This document shows, one piece after another, positions 13,808 through 28,561 of a stretch of 64,000 nt of DNA (its first letter is position 1; the number at the start of each line of letters is the position of its first letter). The position numbers and the translations under genes are program-made. The stretch lies in contig OZ024740.1 in assembly GCA_964016885.1 (NCBI GenBank), positions 233,554,001 to 233,618,000 of the forward strand, read 5' to 3'. The stretch is from Eledone cirrhosa (Eukaryota). Below the pieces are notes generated by a model. The model worked only from the letters and a program-made list of their open reading frames with translations. It did not search any database and was not told where the DNA came from.

Positions 13808-15033
13808 TCATTATCTATAAAAGGCAGATTGTTGTTGTGTGTGTGTGTGTGTGCATGTTCCACGTTTATACATTTGCACAATTTCAAACCGATTCGACTC
13901 AAAGTCTGTAAGAATGTTGTAAATGGTCAACGACTATTTATTTCATTCACACTCACCCCCAATTACGGAAATAATCGATAAAACTAAATACATGACGCTA
14001 TTCCCCTCTAATAGAATCTGATTACCTCTCTCTACTCTCCTTAAACTTTAAGAAAGAGAGAGAGAGAGTGAGAAAGAGAGAGAGAGAACGTTTGTTTTTG
14101 AGTGTGGAACGGTCAAATATTTATTTACTTCAATGACAAAGAGAACTTATTACATTTCATACGAAACAACAATTATTCAAAAGCAACAGATACATTTATT
14201 CAACAACAACAAAAAATACCGATAAATCTTTTTAAAAACATCTATCAACGAACGTGGAAGAAAGAAGTATCAGTTCATTTACTATACACAATAATATCCT
14301 CTATGAGGTCACTAAATCTGCTAGAAACAGCAGCTAACTCTCCCTCATATCACACCACTCCCTACTGTCTTAAATTTAGAAAACATATCCTATATGAGGT
14401 CACTAAACCTGCTAGAAACAGCATCTAACTCTCCCCCATATTCAAAAGCAACAGATAAATTTATTCAACAACAACAAAAATAGCGATAAATCTTTTTTAA
14501 AACATCTATCAACGAACGTGGAAGAAAGAAGTATCAGTTCATTTACTATACACAATAATATCCTCTATGTGGTCACTAAACCTGCTAGAAACAGCAGCTA
14601 ACTTTCCCTCATATCACACCACTCCCTACTGCCTTAAATTTAGAAAACATATCCTCTATGAGTTCACTAAAACTGCTAGAAACAGCAGCTAACTCTCCCC
14701 CATATCACACCCCTCCCTACTGTCTTAAATTAAAAAAAACACACATTAGACAACCATGCAGAACTACTCCATCGCAGCCCCGTTGTTCGGCTGGCATCGT
14801 CTACGCGCGTGTTGCGCAAGTAAACAATAAATTTCAACACTTCTTTGCACAGAGATAATATCCATAGGCGAAACTACAATTGTCACTGGTGGCGCAGCTC
14901 CTACTTCGGCAGTCCAGGTCTGCAATTCATTCACCCAGTGCCTGGCAGACAAAAAAGTGCTGCCATAAAATGGGTGGTGCAACCTAACTTTGGTAACTTA
15001 CTGACCCCGAGCAACGCCGGGCTTTAATGCTAG
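13808..15033 (+). mobile_element. Probable non-autonomous Helitron (3' end clear, 5' end tentative)
   Basis: 3' GC-rich hairpin CCCGAGCAACGCCGGG followed by CTAG|T at 15030-15034; candidate 5' TC...TCTATAAAAGGCAG, (GT)n and AAACCGATTCGACTCAAA. Confidence 0.5.
14175..14735. repeat. Tandem duplication of about 265 bp with internal sub-repeats
   Basis: ATTCAAAAGCAACAGATA... begins at about 14175 and again at 14440. Confidence 0.85.
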
Positions 15034-15051
15034 TATATATATATATATATG

Positions 15052-15553
<502 letters not shown>

Positions 15554-15808
15554 GTGTGTGTGTATAATCCACTCTGTAACACGAAACTTCTAGCTACATT
15601 GAAGAGACAATACTTATAATGTATGCAATCTACTTTATATATTGAGTACATTTATTCCACGTTTTCTGGCTCAATCTTACATCTAGTAATTACCTGCGAC
15701 AAGAAATATCAAGATTTCACACACACACACACACATACACACACATATATATATATATATATTCGTGTGTGTGTACATATATATATACACACGCACACAT
15801 ACATCTAT

Positions 15809-15839
<31 letters not shown>

Positions 15840-18448
15840 TATATATATATACACACACGCACACATACACATATACATACACACACGCACACACATATAT
15901 ATATATACACGCACACAGATACTTATACGCATGCTATACAAACATACCTCCGTTTACACACTCACATAGAAACCCTTATATTCTACATCATCGCTCCTTT
16001 TCACCTCCTTTCTAAGACATTTTTTTATGATTGAATCCCTTCTTAACGCAACCTACTACACTTCCCCACGTAACCTCCCACCGTCTAGGGATGCTGGGAC
16101 GAGATTAAATGTTCTGTATCCGTCATGATCAGTCAGACATGGTGACTTATCTGTAAAGGTCACACACGTGACGTCCCCTTTATAACTCTGCATCTCCATC
16201 CACGCCTAAACCCTATCAGTCATTCGTTACGTCAATAACGAGGTAGTAGTGGTGTTCGCTGTCGGAGTGTTGGGTTTAATGTGGTAGGGATGGTGTTGGG
16301 GAGGTAGTGCTATGACATGTTATGAGGGTAAAGATGCCAAAGTGACAGGGGTAGTTATTATAGAGGTTCTGTTCTCTGAGAGACTGATAGTTGTCTTCTA
16401 TCAGAATAAAAAATCTGCCCTGGTTGTTAGTTAACGGTAGAGTTGTTTTGCTGGTCTGTTTAGTTCGAGGGCAGCGCTGAACTAGAGCTAAAGTTATTCC
16501 AACCGTGGCCATGCCACTTTTTATCAATGAGTTGTGAAACCAGAACCACATTATTCAGCGTATCCTTTTTTTTAGGACTGTGAGGTTCGTGGCATATAAA
16601 GACGGTTGGGTGCGTGGAATTTTGATTGCTATTTCTTGCTGACAACGTTACCACGCTGAGGCTCTCTGTTGGCATTTTTAGTAAATGCATTGTTGTGCTG
16701 CTGCTGTTGTTGATGTTGTGGTTATTATTATTGCAGTTGCTGTTGTTACTGTCGTTGTTTAACTTCAGGTTAACCTTGATTGGGCAGACTCAAGTTCAAA
16801 GGCACTTCATCCCACTATTTCTAGCGTAGGAGCTTCCTGGAGGACTCGATAGTAAATGTGTGTATAATGGTATAAATAGTGAATAGTTGTAGAGCGAACT
16901 AATAGTGTTTTCTAGGAAGCTGAGGAGAATATTGCTTACTCGAAGTCAGCTCTGATTGAACAGACCTATTATCAAAGGAATTTCAACCATAATCATGCTG
17001 TCTTTTATCTTTTACTTCATTCATTATCTAATGTAATGCTCCATTTATGAAGCGCTTGTGTGTGATATGAAGGAAATTTAGCAGTTATATTTTAAATTCT
17101 TTATTGTTAAGTTAATCAGTATCCTCACAGGCTCCCGCGATACCTATTTCTATTGGAAATGCGACTGCGTAGAAGCCTTATCATTTCCTCATACATATTA
17201 GGTTTAGAGTGGATACTAGTAGTCTGCTATGGTAAACATTGCACGACCCCAGAAATATGACCAAACATTTCAGATACCGTTTTGGTTATTGTAGCTTTGC
17301 GTTCTTCCCGAAAAGAATGTTGTTGAAACTTTGTTGCTTAGATCCAAGTCAGTTCTGAGGGAGTAGGCGTACGATTAAAGATGTTCCATCCACAACCATT
17401 CTATATTTAAATTTCATTAATAATCTATGCAGTATAGCCTTTTTTGTTTTAGATGACAGAGTGTATGGATTAAGGAAGATCTGAGTGATATTTGTAGCAG
17501 ATCGTACGAACATATAAAGGCTACATCATGAAAGATATCACTAATTGTGAAACCCCAACATTGTAAATATATGCATTACAGCAAAGCATCAAAACGAAAT
17601 TCTCCAGCCTAGAGTGCTATATTCTACATTCCACACGGAAGTTGAACTTATCAAAATCGTCTAGACTTTTCATATAAGCTTTATAAGGATTGCGGTGGTC
17701 TTATTTGTGCAACGTTCATGAATAGAGAAGACAAAACAAATTATTTCAAGTATTGTTGTAGTTTAGCCAGTTAAACTCAAATGGAGCAAGCAATCATAAA
17801 CGACGTTCCAGATATGATCATACTGTCTTTTCTATATCTAAAGTGTTTGTATTTTTCAGATGGTAGGGTGTGAGTTGAGAGAGATTTGGATGGTTTGGGG
17901 GCAAGTAGCACAGTAGCGGCTCTGACGTCGAAAACGGTGTGTCGTGATTGAGGTTTGATGAAGTTGAATGATATTTCGGTGTAGTGACACCCACCTCTCG
18001 CTGGAGAATGTTTAAAAGGTCTTCGTTCATGCAAGTAGTGCATGTCTGACGTAAGATGTTGATGTGTATGAATGACACTTGTTCGTGAAAGGAGGGTGAT
18101 AGCTGATGACTTTGTGGTTAGGATATAGATGGCATATATGCATATATGCTCGCTGCAACTCAAAATCACACAATGCCATCGCTTGACAATCATGCATGAG
18201 CATCACAGACGGGGCACTTCAGTCCCACCAGGAACCTGCCTATGGCCAGCAATGCCATGTATCGCAACAAAATGTCACGTATCAAGCGATGCCTGTTCCT
18301 GAAACGTTTTTAAGTGAGGAAAGGCTTTCCACGAGGCCAATACCACTCTCTGAACATCGAATGCATTTACCCCAAAAGAAGAACTAGTCTATATCATTGG
18401 ATGCAAAAGAAGTCGCAGGTTTTATATCAGAGTGACATTCATACATAC

Positions 18449-18850
18449 ATGGTGGCTGCCAACTCGTTTTCGAGTACGGCCACTACTTTATATCCATGTA
18501 GGAGAACCCCTACCGATGCGCTGAACGAGTGTGACTTTTTAGTCCAGCCAGCGACTTGAAAACTCTGGTACAAACACTACACTTGTGACAATTACTGACA
18601 CATAGTGCTGGGCCCATTGTACCCTGTGATGACAAGTGCAGACAGATCTCCAGATATAAAGCAATGCTTGTGTCGTGAAGCTTTTATAGTGAGCAAAGGC
18701 ACTGCACACAGCCAGTCCCACTCTCTTAACCAAGATGATATTTACCAAAAAGAAGAACAAGTCAACATCATTGGATACCATCAGAGTTGCAGGTGTTATA
18801 TCAGAGTTTTCCTTCTCCTAGAATTCTACCTTGACAAAGGCTAAGGGGTC
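18449..18850 (-). mobile_element. Non-autonomous retroelement in (TACA)n, probably RTE-derived (family H)
   Basis: Closely similar inverted copy at 61657-62057; motif CTAGGAGAAGGAAAACTCTGA resembles RTE 5' regions; related pieces at 18195-18430, 25348-25555 and 62160-62440. Confidence 0.6.
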
Positions 18851-19197
18851 ATCTCTCCCATACATACATACAAACATACATACATACAAATATGTGAAAC
18901 CTTCCAAACATTCTGCATGTAATAAACGCACGTACACATGTACAGATAAAAACATATGCACATGCACACATAATTCAAAAGATCCACTTCCACACATAAA
19001 ATAATATCCATAACTGTGCACACACACACAAGCACGCATGCAGACATGCTGACATATCTACCTAGTTCATGTTGTGTAAATTCCAGTGAAAGAGTCTTGT
19101 GTCTATGTTTGAAATCGACTCTCTTTCTATTGGTAAACATTTATAAAATTATAAAACCAGAAGAATATACATACACACACTTATATATATCATATAT

Positions 19198-19244
<47 letters not shown>

Positions 19245-19273
19245 GATATATGTGTGTGTGTGTGTATACACAA

Positions 19274-19302
<29 letters not shown>

Positions 19303-19304
<2 letters not shown>

Positions 19305-19480
19305 CAGGCAAAGGCAAAATTCCGTTATAACGAATACCATTGATACGAATTTTTCAGTATAAAGAAATGTTTTTCAGTCAAGGCCACACGCTCGATGTGT
19401 TAGATTGATCTCGCTATAAAGAATTTTTCGTTACAATGAATTTTTCTATACCCCATGAATTTCGTTATAACGGAATTTCA

Positions 19481-19485
<5 letters not shown>
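19303..19485. mobile_element. pogo/Tigger-type MITE
   Basis: TIRs TACAG..AAATTCCGTTATAACGAA / TTCGTTATAACGGAATTTCACTGTA in TA context; second copy at 30521-30698. Confidence 0.75.
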
Positions 19486-19576
<91 letters not shown>

Positions 19577-19831
19577 CTGTGGTGTTGACATATGTGAGGA
19601 TGAGTACTCAATACCGTAGTAGAGTTTAAAATATTCTTTGTTATGGTTAAGTGATGTTACTGTGGAATTGTAGCTGTGTATTCACAGGTTAAATTCCAGA
19701 GTAACAAAACACATCACAGCCATAGTATAGAATATTATACACATGCACAGCGAAGGCTTCAAAAACATCATCTATGGCCGTTCCCTTGTCGTTTTCAGAT
19801 TGCCTCTAGATGTAATCTTATTATGTAAGAA

Positions 19832-19906
19832 GCTGTCTGATGAAATCATGGCACTGGTTAGACGAAATCTCGTCCCCGCTGTCGTCATTGAAATATGCAT
19901 CACGGC
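19832..19906 (+). ncRNA. Type I hammerhead ribozyme (family I)
   Basis: GCTGT-CTGATGA-...GACGA AATC TCGTC...-GAAA-TATGCA-TC-ACGGC; stem I GCTGT/ACGGC. Confidence 0.7.
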
Positions 19907-19954
19907 CTTAAGATCACGGACCTTAACATCTGAAACTATTCCGCATTTTTCTTA

Positions 19955-20022
<68 letters not shown>

Positions 20023-20024
<2 letters not shown>

Positions 20025-20829
20025 AAGGCGGGTAAAATTCCCGAGATTCATGGACGAGTTCTCTCCAGTGGTCTCTGTCCCTCATTATCGCTGCCATGTC
20101 CTGCATCTCCAACAGACCAGTGTCTGTCCTGAGGGCATCAACATACGTGAACCTTGGTCTTCCTCTTCTAGTGTGTCCATGTAGGGGCTCCCAAAGGAGT
20201 ACTGAGTGCAATGTCAACTCTGGATGTCGGTGAGCATGTCCAGCTAACCTCAGTCTCCTCTGTGTCACTTTTTCAGAGCAGGAGAGTTAGGGCGAACAAG
20301 GTATCGGATGCTGAATTTGCCGACGACATAGTTTTGGTGACAAATACAGTGAAGGAAGCAGAGGATTTGATGCGGGAGGTTGATACTGTGTCGATGAGTG
20401 TGGGGCTGAGAATGAATGAGACTAAAACAAAATATCTGGTAGAGAATGTTGAGAAGCCAGAGGGGATCACTAATGTAGGCGGGAAGCCGCTGGAATTGGT
20501 TGAGGACTTCCTGTATTTGGGAGCAAAGATTGGGAATACGGAAGATGATGTGGTTGAGAGGAAGAGCAAGGCCTGGGCGGCGTGCCACAGATTGAGATCG
20601 GTGTGGAAGTCGGACCTTCGTAGAGACCTGAAAATCCGCCTCTTCATTGCTGTAGTGGAGTCTGTGCTGCTGTATGGGTCTGAGACTTGGACACTGACCA
20701 AGAAACTCACTCAGATGGTGGATGGGTGCTACACGAGAATGTTGAGGATGGCTCTGAACATTAATCAGTATACACTGAGGATGAAAAACTCAGAGCTGTA
20801 TGGGAGCATCCCAAAAGTCAGCTCAAAAG

Positions 20830-20831
<2 letters not shown>
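20023..20831. mobile_element. RTE-clade LINE 3' fragment with 5' inversion (20023-20272 minus, 20273-20831 plus)
   Basis: RT motif EFADD, FLYLG, LLYGSETW and C-terminal RRLRLAGH..RRGRPR, typical of RTE ORF; colinear copy at 53051-53819. Confidence 0.92.
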
Positions 20832-20927
<96 letters not shown>

Positions 20928-21100
20928 GACATTTATATATATATATATTTATTTATATTGTAATAATAAGAAATGTGAAGACTAAAATCCAAAGAGGCCT
21001 CGATAAGGATAAATATATATCAAATATATAAGATGCGTTTTCCTTCAGTTGCAACGTTTTTCGAAATATTTACTACTGCGTTAACAGATTGATTTTTTTT

Positions 21101-21150
21101 AGTTTCAGAAGATCCCGTCAGGGTGAAAGCAGCGATTCTTTGCTTAAACT
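21101..21150 (+). ncRNA. Hammerhead-fold RNA with variant core CAGAAGA (family E)
   Basis: AGTTT-CAGAAGA-T CCC GTCA GGG T-GAAA-GCA GCGATTCTT TGC-TT-AAACT; all three stems pair; homologues near 42680, 50815 and 57440 on the minus strand. Confidence 0.65.
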
Positions 21151-21171
21151 TTAATCTGTTATTTTAATAAA

Positions 21172-21236
<65 letters not shown>

Positions 21237-21368
21237 AAGATGTACCAGGTGGACCATAGCACACCAGAGTACTCGATACTTAGAGTAGTGGAGTGGGTAA
21301 TAGGAAAATAGTCAGGACCCCGACGGCTGAGCTCCGGCCGTTGGGGTCCTGACTCCTATATATATATA

Positions 21369-21414
<46 letters not shown>

Positions 21415-22170
21415 GGGAGTGCATTTTAAATGGAACATACATAATATCCCTTGACCTATACCTCCTATGTCTCTCTCTCCCTGTCTCTCTCTCCTCCTGT
21501 CACTGTATGCATTTGTGTGTGCTTATATAAATTTGGTAACCAGTCTAAACAGATTTCAATGTCAAAACTATAGTACCCACACGTAGGAATGCATATATAC
21601 ACAAACACTAACACATTCACGTACATACACACAAATACATAGTCTACATATTTATATATGGACTCAAAGAGAAAGACTTGTTTGGTATATTCTGGTGCTA
21701 CTATATATAGATATCTAATATATACATAAGTGTAAATACGTATACATATATGCGTGTGCACTTGTGTACGTTTGTGTGTATGAATATGCATATGCAAACA
21801 TATACATATTTACATTTATATATGTATATATGTATATACATATATATATGTATAGATATATATTCATATTTTATATATATATATACATAAATATATATAT
21901 ATATATATATATATAGTAAAAAATTGAACGGGAACAAAACAGAGAGGCAGTACGAACAAAGGTTTATTAGTTTCATGCTCTTGAGAGTGGGGTGGTGGTA
22001 TATATATATATATTTATATATATATCATACACACTCATACACCAACATGTATACTTACGTAAGTTTAGTTCGTAGTTGTATAATCCTCAGTTTCTTTTAC
22101 AACTAAAGTTTGTTATTTCCTCAGGTTTCAGCAAAACAGGAACTACATAAACACCAACCATTCATAACAT

Positions 22171-22202
<32 letters not shown>

Positions 22203-22207
22203 GTTTA

Positions 22208-22309
<102 letters not shown>

Positions 22310-22381
22310 CATATATATATATACATACATATATATACATATACATATTTATATACATGTATATATATATATATATATATA

Positions 22382-22795
22382 TTGAAAGAGTGAATAATAA
22401 CATGGTCAACAGTTTTAAAAAGAGTTTTATTTACAGTCTAACAATTGTTTCACTGATTAAGTTGTTTAAAATTGCTGAACACTTTGAGCTGTGCCACTCA
22501 ATTTTAAATACGTTGTTAGCTTAACCAGATCAATGGAGAAACTGTTATATGTTCAGTTTTTACGAATTCAAATTACACCATCATTAATAATATTAATAAT
22601 AAAGATAAGAGAGAGAAAAAAGAAAGTGAGATAGAGAGAAAAAAGAAAGAAAAAGGAGAAAGGAAAAAGAGAAATATATAGAGAACGTAAACCCCTTGTT
22701 GAGTCAAACTACGCCGTACGCTAAAACTATTCATAATATGAAGTATTCACAACCTCTAACTGGATTACCTATAACGATGTTTTGTTACCCTTTAT
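22382..22795. mobile_element. Family D (TA)n island; HHR-like fold on minus strand 22433-22545; 3' tail (22684-22795) inverted
   Basis: Homologous to colinear copy 60559-60930 and a small copy at 25255-25330. Confidence 0.7.
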
Positions 22796-22812
22796 ATATA
22801 TATATATTTGTT

Positions 22813-22856
<44 letters not shown>

Positions 22857-22925
22857 AACAAATTTAGGACCACAACGGCTGAGCTCTGGCCATTTCGACA
22901 GCTGGATACGAACGCTTGTTATATA

Positions 22926-22982
<57 letters not shown>

Positions 22983-22990
<8 letters not shown>

Positions 22991-23831
22991 ATAGACAGAG
23001 AAACAAGAATGTCCTTCATCAGTAGTCTGCTGATTATCATTGGTATTTCTTCGCATTAAAGACTAGATACCTAAAATCAGTGCGAGCGATGAGTAAATTA
23101 AGTTATCGGGACAGAGGAAAACAGAGGAAAGGAAACAAACAACATGGTAGTAATGCAACGTAACGAGAGGAAAAGAGAGACAAGTCAATGAATCTTGTCC
23201 GAACAAATCAATGGACGAGAAGAAACAGACGCGTCCGAGCCACGCTAAAAGTGAGAGAGGAAAGAAATTCACGCGGGTCAGTCGGGAAGAAGTGAGAGAG
23301 GGGGAGTAGCAGAGAGTGAGTGAGTGAAAGTGTGAGGAAGAAGCCAGCCGAGAGTGTGTGACCAGCAGCGGGGGTGAAAGAAAGAAAGAGGTAAAGGAGA
23401 GAGAAGGGGGAGAGAGAAAGAGGATAGCAGTAAGGTGACAGAAAAAATACGAACCACAGCGAAGGGAAAAAACATATGTGAATGAAAAATGGCGTGCTGC
23501 GTTGTTGCGAATATGAACATATGAATGAAAATAAACCAAGAAACAGGAATGTCCATCATCAGTAGTCTGCTGATTATTCCTTGGATCGGACGTGTCTGCC
23601 TCTTTTCGTCATTTGATCCGTTCAGACAAGACTCATTGACTTGTCTCTCTTTTCCTCTCTTTACGTTGCATTACTACCATGTTGTTTGTTTCCTTTCCTC
23701 TGTCCCGATAACTTAATTTAGTTATCGCTCGCACTGATTTTAGGTATCTAGTCTTTAATGCGAGGAAAATACCAATGATATCAGCAGACTACTGATGATG
23801 GACATCACTGTTTCTCGGTCTATTTTCATAT
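22983..23831. mobile_element. (TA)n-embedded island with inverted arms of about 250 bp
   Basis: 22983-23238 is the reverse complement of 23586-23831; the first 55 bp or so recur directly at 23524-23577. Confidence 0.85.
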
Positions 23832-24133
23832 ATATATATATATATATATAATGTTTTAATAAGTTGATGAAATCACAATATCACGAGGTTCTTCATGCAA
23901 TGTATGGTACTGAAATATTATGTCCTACTCAATACTGATTGCAGTGTCCATCTCAGCAGAATTTGGTAGTAAGGAGGCAAAATTCATCAGAGTATTCAAC
24001 AATAAATCATCCAATCAAGGCATCATAATTACTGATATATCCCACAAATTAATTAGTCTTCAACAAAGATTAATACTGGTAACATTAAACAATAATAATC
24101 AGATCAGTCATTAAAAGCACCCAAAATGTACAT

Positions 24134-24577
<444 letters not shown>

Positions 24578-24619
24578 ATAGATATATATTATATATATAT
24601 ACACACACACATACACACA

Positions 24620-24731
<112 letters not shown>

Positions 24732-24754
24732 TATGTTTGTATATATATATACAA

Positions 24755-25197
24755 TGAGAAAATGCGAAGTAGTTTCAGATGCTAAAGTCCTTTATTGATA
24801 ATGCTGTGATACATATTTCAATGACGACAGTGGCCACACGATTCCGTGTACCCAGGGCCATGACATCATCAGACAGCTTTGTATATAATAAGGTTACGTT
24901 CCCAAGCCAATCGAAGGGGAACGGCCGAGGGATTCAAGAACACCCTTGTCGTTTCTGTTTGGATTACCTTGGGAACGTAACCTTATTATATAAGAAGCTG
25001 TCTGATGATGTCACAGCACTGGGTACATGGAATCGTGTGGCCACTGTCGCCATTGAAATATGTATCACAGCATTATCAATAAAGGACTTTAACATCTGAA
25101 ACTACTTCGTATTTTCTCAATCTATATATACTCCGTTTTCCTATGTGGAAAAAATACGTTGAGTGCTGGATTTGAATTGCATCAATATTTACCGTAA

Positions 25198-25201
<4 letters not shown>
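24755..25201 (+). mobile_element. Family I (TA)n island with inverted arms of about 152 bp, each carrying a hammerhead
   Basis: Arms 24755-24906 / 24968-25119; homologous to 19770-19955. Confidence 0.85.
24997..25071 (+). ncRNA. Type I hammerhead ribozyme (mirror copy on minus strand 24803-24877)
   Basis: GCTGT-CTGATGA-long stem II-GAAA-TATGTA-TC-ACAGC; stem I is a perfect 5 bp; AUC triplet. Confidence 0.75.
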
Positions 25202-25258
<57 letters not shown>

Positions 25259-25581
25259 AAGAGTGAAGAATAACATGGTCAACAGTACAAAATGTGTTTT
25301 ATTTTCCTATAACGATAATTTGTTATCCCATATATATATATATATATGATGGCTGCCCCCTCGTTATCGAGTATGGCCGGCCATTGCACGATATAACATT
25401 ATTAATAATTATTAACTAATTCTATCGTCAATGCCTGTGAGTGAAGATATTTTTTAAAGTGAGGAAAGACTGTGCACTGAGCCAATCCCACTCTCTGAGC
25501 GACAGTAGCTATAACCCGAAAAGAAGAAAAGATCAACATCATCGGTAACTACTGATATATATATATATATATATATATATC

Positions 25582-25624
<43 letters not shown>

Positions 25625-26427
25625 TGAGAGAGAGAGAAAGAGAGAGAGAAATAACTATGTGTATGTAGGTATATATATGGCCAGGAACTCGCTGAGCCAA
25701 ACGCAGTTACGAAATAGGTCGGTAACATTTAGCTCTATTTGAACTAGCACTTGACACATGCGTCCACAAACTATGGGACATAAACATCGTCATAAGCGCA
25801 CACACGACCACACGTCCAGAAACATACAATGACTGCGTTGTGTATTGAGAGGGTAGGTCACTGAGTGAAGGAAGGACAGAGAAGACACGTATACATTAAA
25901 TATCACGTGATGGCTCGTTGACTTCTGCGACGACCCAAAAATCTTGTAAAACTTAACGTATAGCCCTGAATCTTACTATCACACATATGTATGCTCACAC
26001 ATATGTAAACACCTGCTCGATATACATATACACTCAGGCACAGACCTATACATACATACACACACACACATATATATATATATATATGTATGTATGGAGA
26101 TGTGACCACAGTCAAAAAGGCACTCAATACGTTAGACGAGCATGCGCATCTTTATCTTATACAAAAATTACTTCTACAGCATGAAAACATTCGCATAAAA
26201 ACAAGACTTTTCTCATGCTTTCATGCAAACGAAGCAATTCTAGACCCTAGTCCTCTAGAAATCATTTATATAAGATGCGTATGTATCACAGACACACACA
26301 CACACACACACAACACGTACGCAGGCACGCACACACCCACGCACACACACAGACATATATATATATATATATATATTTTTGTATATAGGTATGTATACAT
26401 ATATATGTATGTATATATATGTATATA

Positions 26428-26503
<76 letters not shown>

Positions 26504-26792
26504 TATATATATATATATACACACACTTACTTACCAACCGAACAATTTCTGTTTGTGTAGATTTAGAATAGAGGACATTTTACAGCTCCTAACCTCTATT
26601 TTCTCTCACACATATATACTTATATGTGTGTGTGTGGGTGTGTATGCGTATACCCATACGTATATATCCCGCATACGCATGCGCTCAAGTGCATGCACTA
26701 TCATTGTCCAATAAACTATAAGTAGTCGAAACTTAAAAACATTCATCAACCACCATTATATATATATATATATATATAGGTGGTTAATGAAT

Positions 26793-26840
<48 letters not shown>

Positions 26841-26842
<2 letters not shown>

Positions 26843-27042
26843 CGAAGGAAATGTGGTAAGGAACCAGGTGGACCATAACGCACCAAAGTACTCAATACTT
26901 AGGGTAGTAGAGTGGGTAATAGGAACAAGTAAGACCCCGACGGCTGAGCTCAAGCCGTTTCGACGGCTAATTCTGGACTGAATTAGTCCAGAATTAGCCG
27001 TCGAAACGGCTTGAGCTCAGCCGTCGGGGTCTTACTTGTTCC

Positions 27043-27045
<3 letters not shown>
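26841..27045 (-). mobile_element. Family A island with perfect 61-bp inverted arms and HHR 3' half
   Basis: 26919-26979 / 26985-27045 with a 5-nt loop; GAAA-CGGCT TGAGCTC AGCCG-TC gives stem III plus a GUC triplet. Confidence 0.85.
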
Positions 27046-27075
<30 letters not shown>

Positions 27076-27262
27076 ATGTGTGTGTGCGTATGTGTGTGTG
27101 TGTTTTATGTGTGTATGTTTGAATGCCTCCTAACTATACGTATGTTTCGTGGCCTATTTCCCCTCGACTATGTCATTGCATCCATACCAACACAACACCG
27201 ACTTGCCTTTCATCTCCTCTCTTACGTAGAATATCCCAAAAGCTACTACTACTACTACTACA

Positions 27263-27325
<63 letters not shown>

Positions 27326-28561
27326 GTTATTACTACTGTACTTCTACTACTAATGCTAATGTTAATAGTACTACTAAATTTACTACCACAATCACTGACT
27401 ACACTGCCGCAATTATGACCATCATGCAACAACCACCATCATCCACACCATAATTGTCATTGGAGTTAATAGAAACGATATCCATATCTCCCACAATGAC
27501 ACTCACCTTAAAAATGAACAGATACTTTGAATTACGTAATAATATGCCTAAACACGTTAAACATGTTCAATATGCATATAAACTGATACAGATTAGGCCT
27601 GCAAAGAATATAGCTATATGCTCTTTATCCTGGCTGAACCAGGATTAAGGGCATGTATAAATTTTTACTATATCTTTAACAGCACAAAAAACAAGAGCTG
27701 TTCAAAGGGCGGTTATACTTATCAGAGTCAACGGCTATCCACTCTAAATAGAGGTTAAATAGTCTTAACAACCCCCAATTGTCCAAGCCTGGTGAGTACG
27801 GCTACACCCCTGTCAAACCACACAAAGAGCAGTAAAGTTCAACCAGTGGCAGGTTGCTCTAAAAGGGGTGAGAAGGCCCCGGATTGGACTATATGCACGT
27901 GTACCAGTGTTCATGATTTTTTTACCAGAAAATCTTCATCGATTTTATCTGAGTATGTTTAATACGACAGATTCAGTTGAACATTTAGGGAATGGTAATT
28001 AAAATACTCAATCAAACACATAGAGTAGTTGAACTCAATGCTGTATTACGATGTAATTTCACAATGCTACCGTTATGTCAAGTGGTGGAAACATATCTCT
28101 CTACTAGAGTGCCCTTTAGATTGACCGAACCATTGAAAGCCAAATCACTGGGATGTACACTCCACGTAGAACAACTTACTGGACATGACATTTATTTTAG
28201 GTGACATCACGCAGCTCTCTCGCCAAGACAATAATTTAAAATGTCAGAGAGCCCGACGACCGCTTGAGATGTGATATATCTGACGATGAAGAGATCATTT
28301 GCAACTGCGAATCGAAACCAAGCAAAAAAAGGCCGGAGTGATTAAGCTCGGTTTATAACAAATGTTAAACTCTAATGTATCACCATTTCGTACAGAAATG
28401 GCAGGAATGAGACAATCTATTAAATTGACTCCACTACGTGACTGGTACTTTATTTCATCGAAATAACATTTTTCTTGGTGGAATTTGAATTTGGAACGTA
28501 AAGAGCTAGATAAAATGTCTCAAAGCATATCGTCCAACACTCTAACGACTCTGCCAATCCA

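Noticed and set aside
17777-18193. 138-aa minus-strand ORF
   Set aside because: No recognisable domain or splice context
23778-23815. CTGATGA as a hammerhead core in the 22983-23831 island
   Set aside because: No correctly placed GAAA or stem III; the motif lies in a local hairpin ATCAG-CAGACTA-CTGAT
23861-23928. TTGATGA...GAAA TATTATG TC hammerhead candidate
   Set aside because: Possibly a decayed HHR, but stems I and II are too weak to call
28280-28320. CTGACGA...GAAAC hammerhead candidate
   Set aside because: Stems I and II do not pair and there is no UH site
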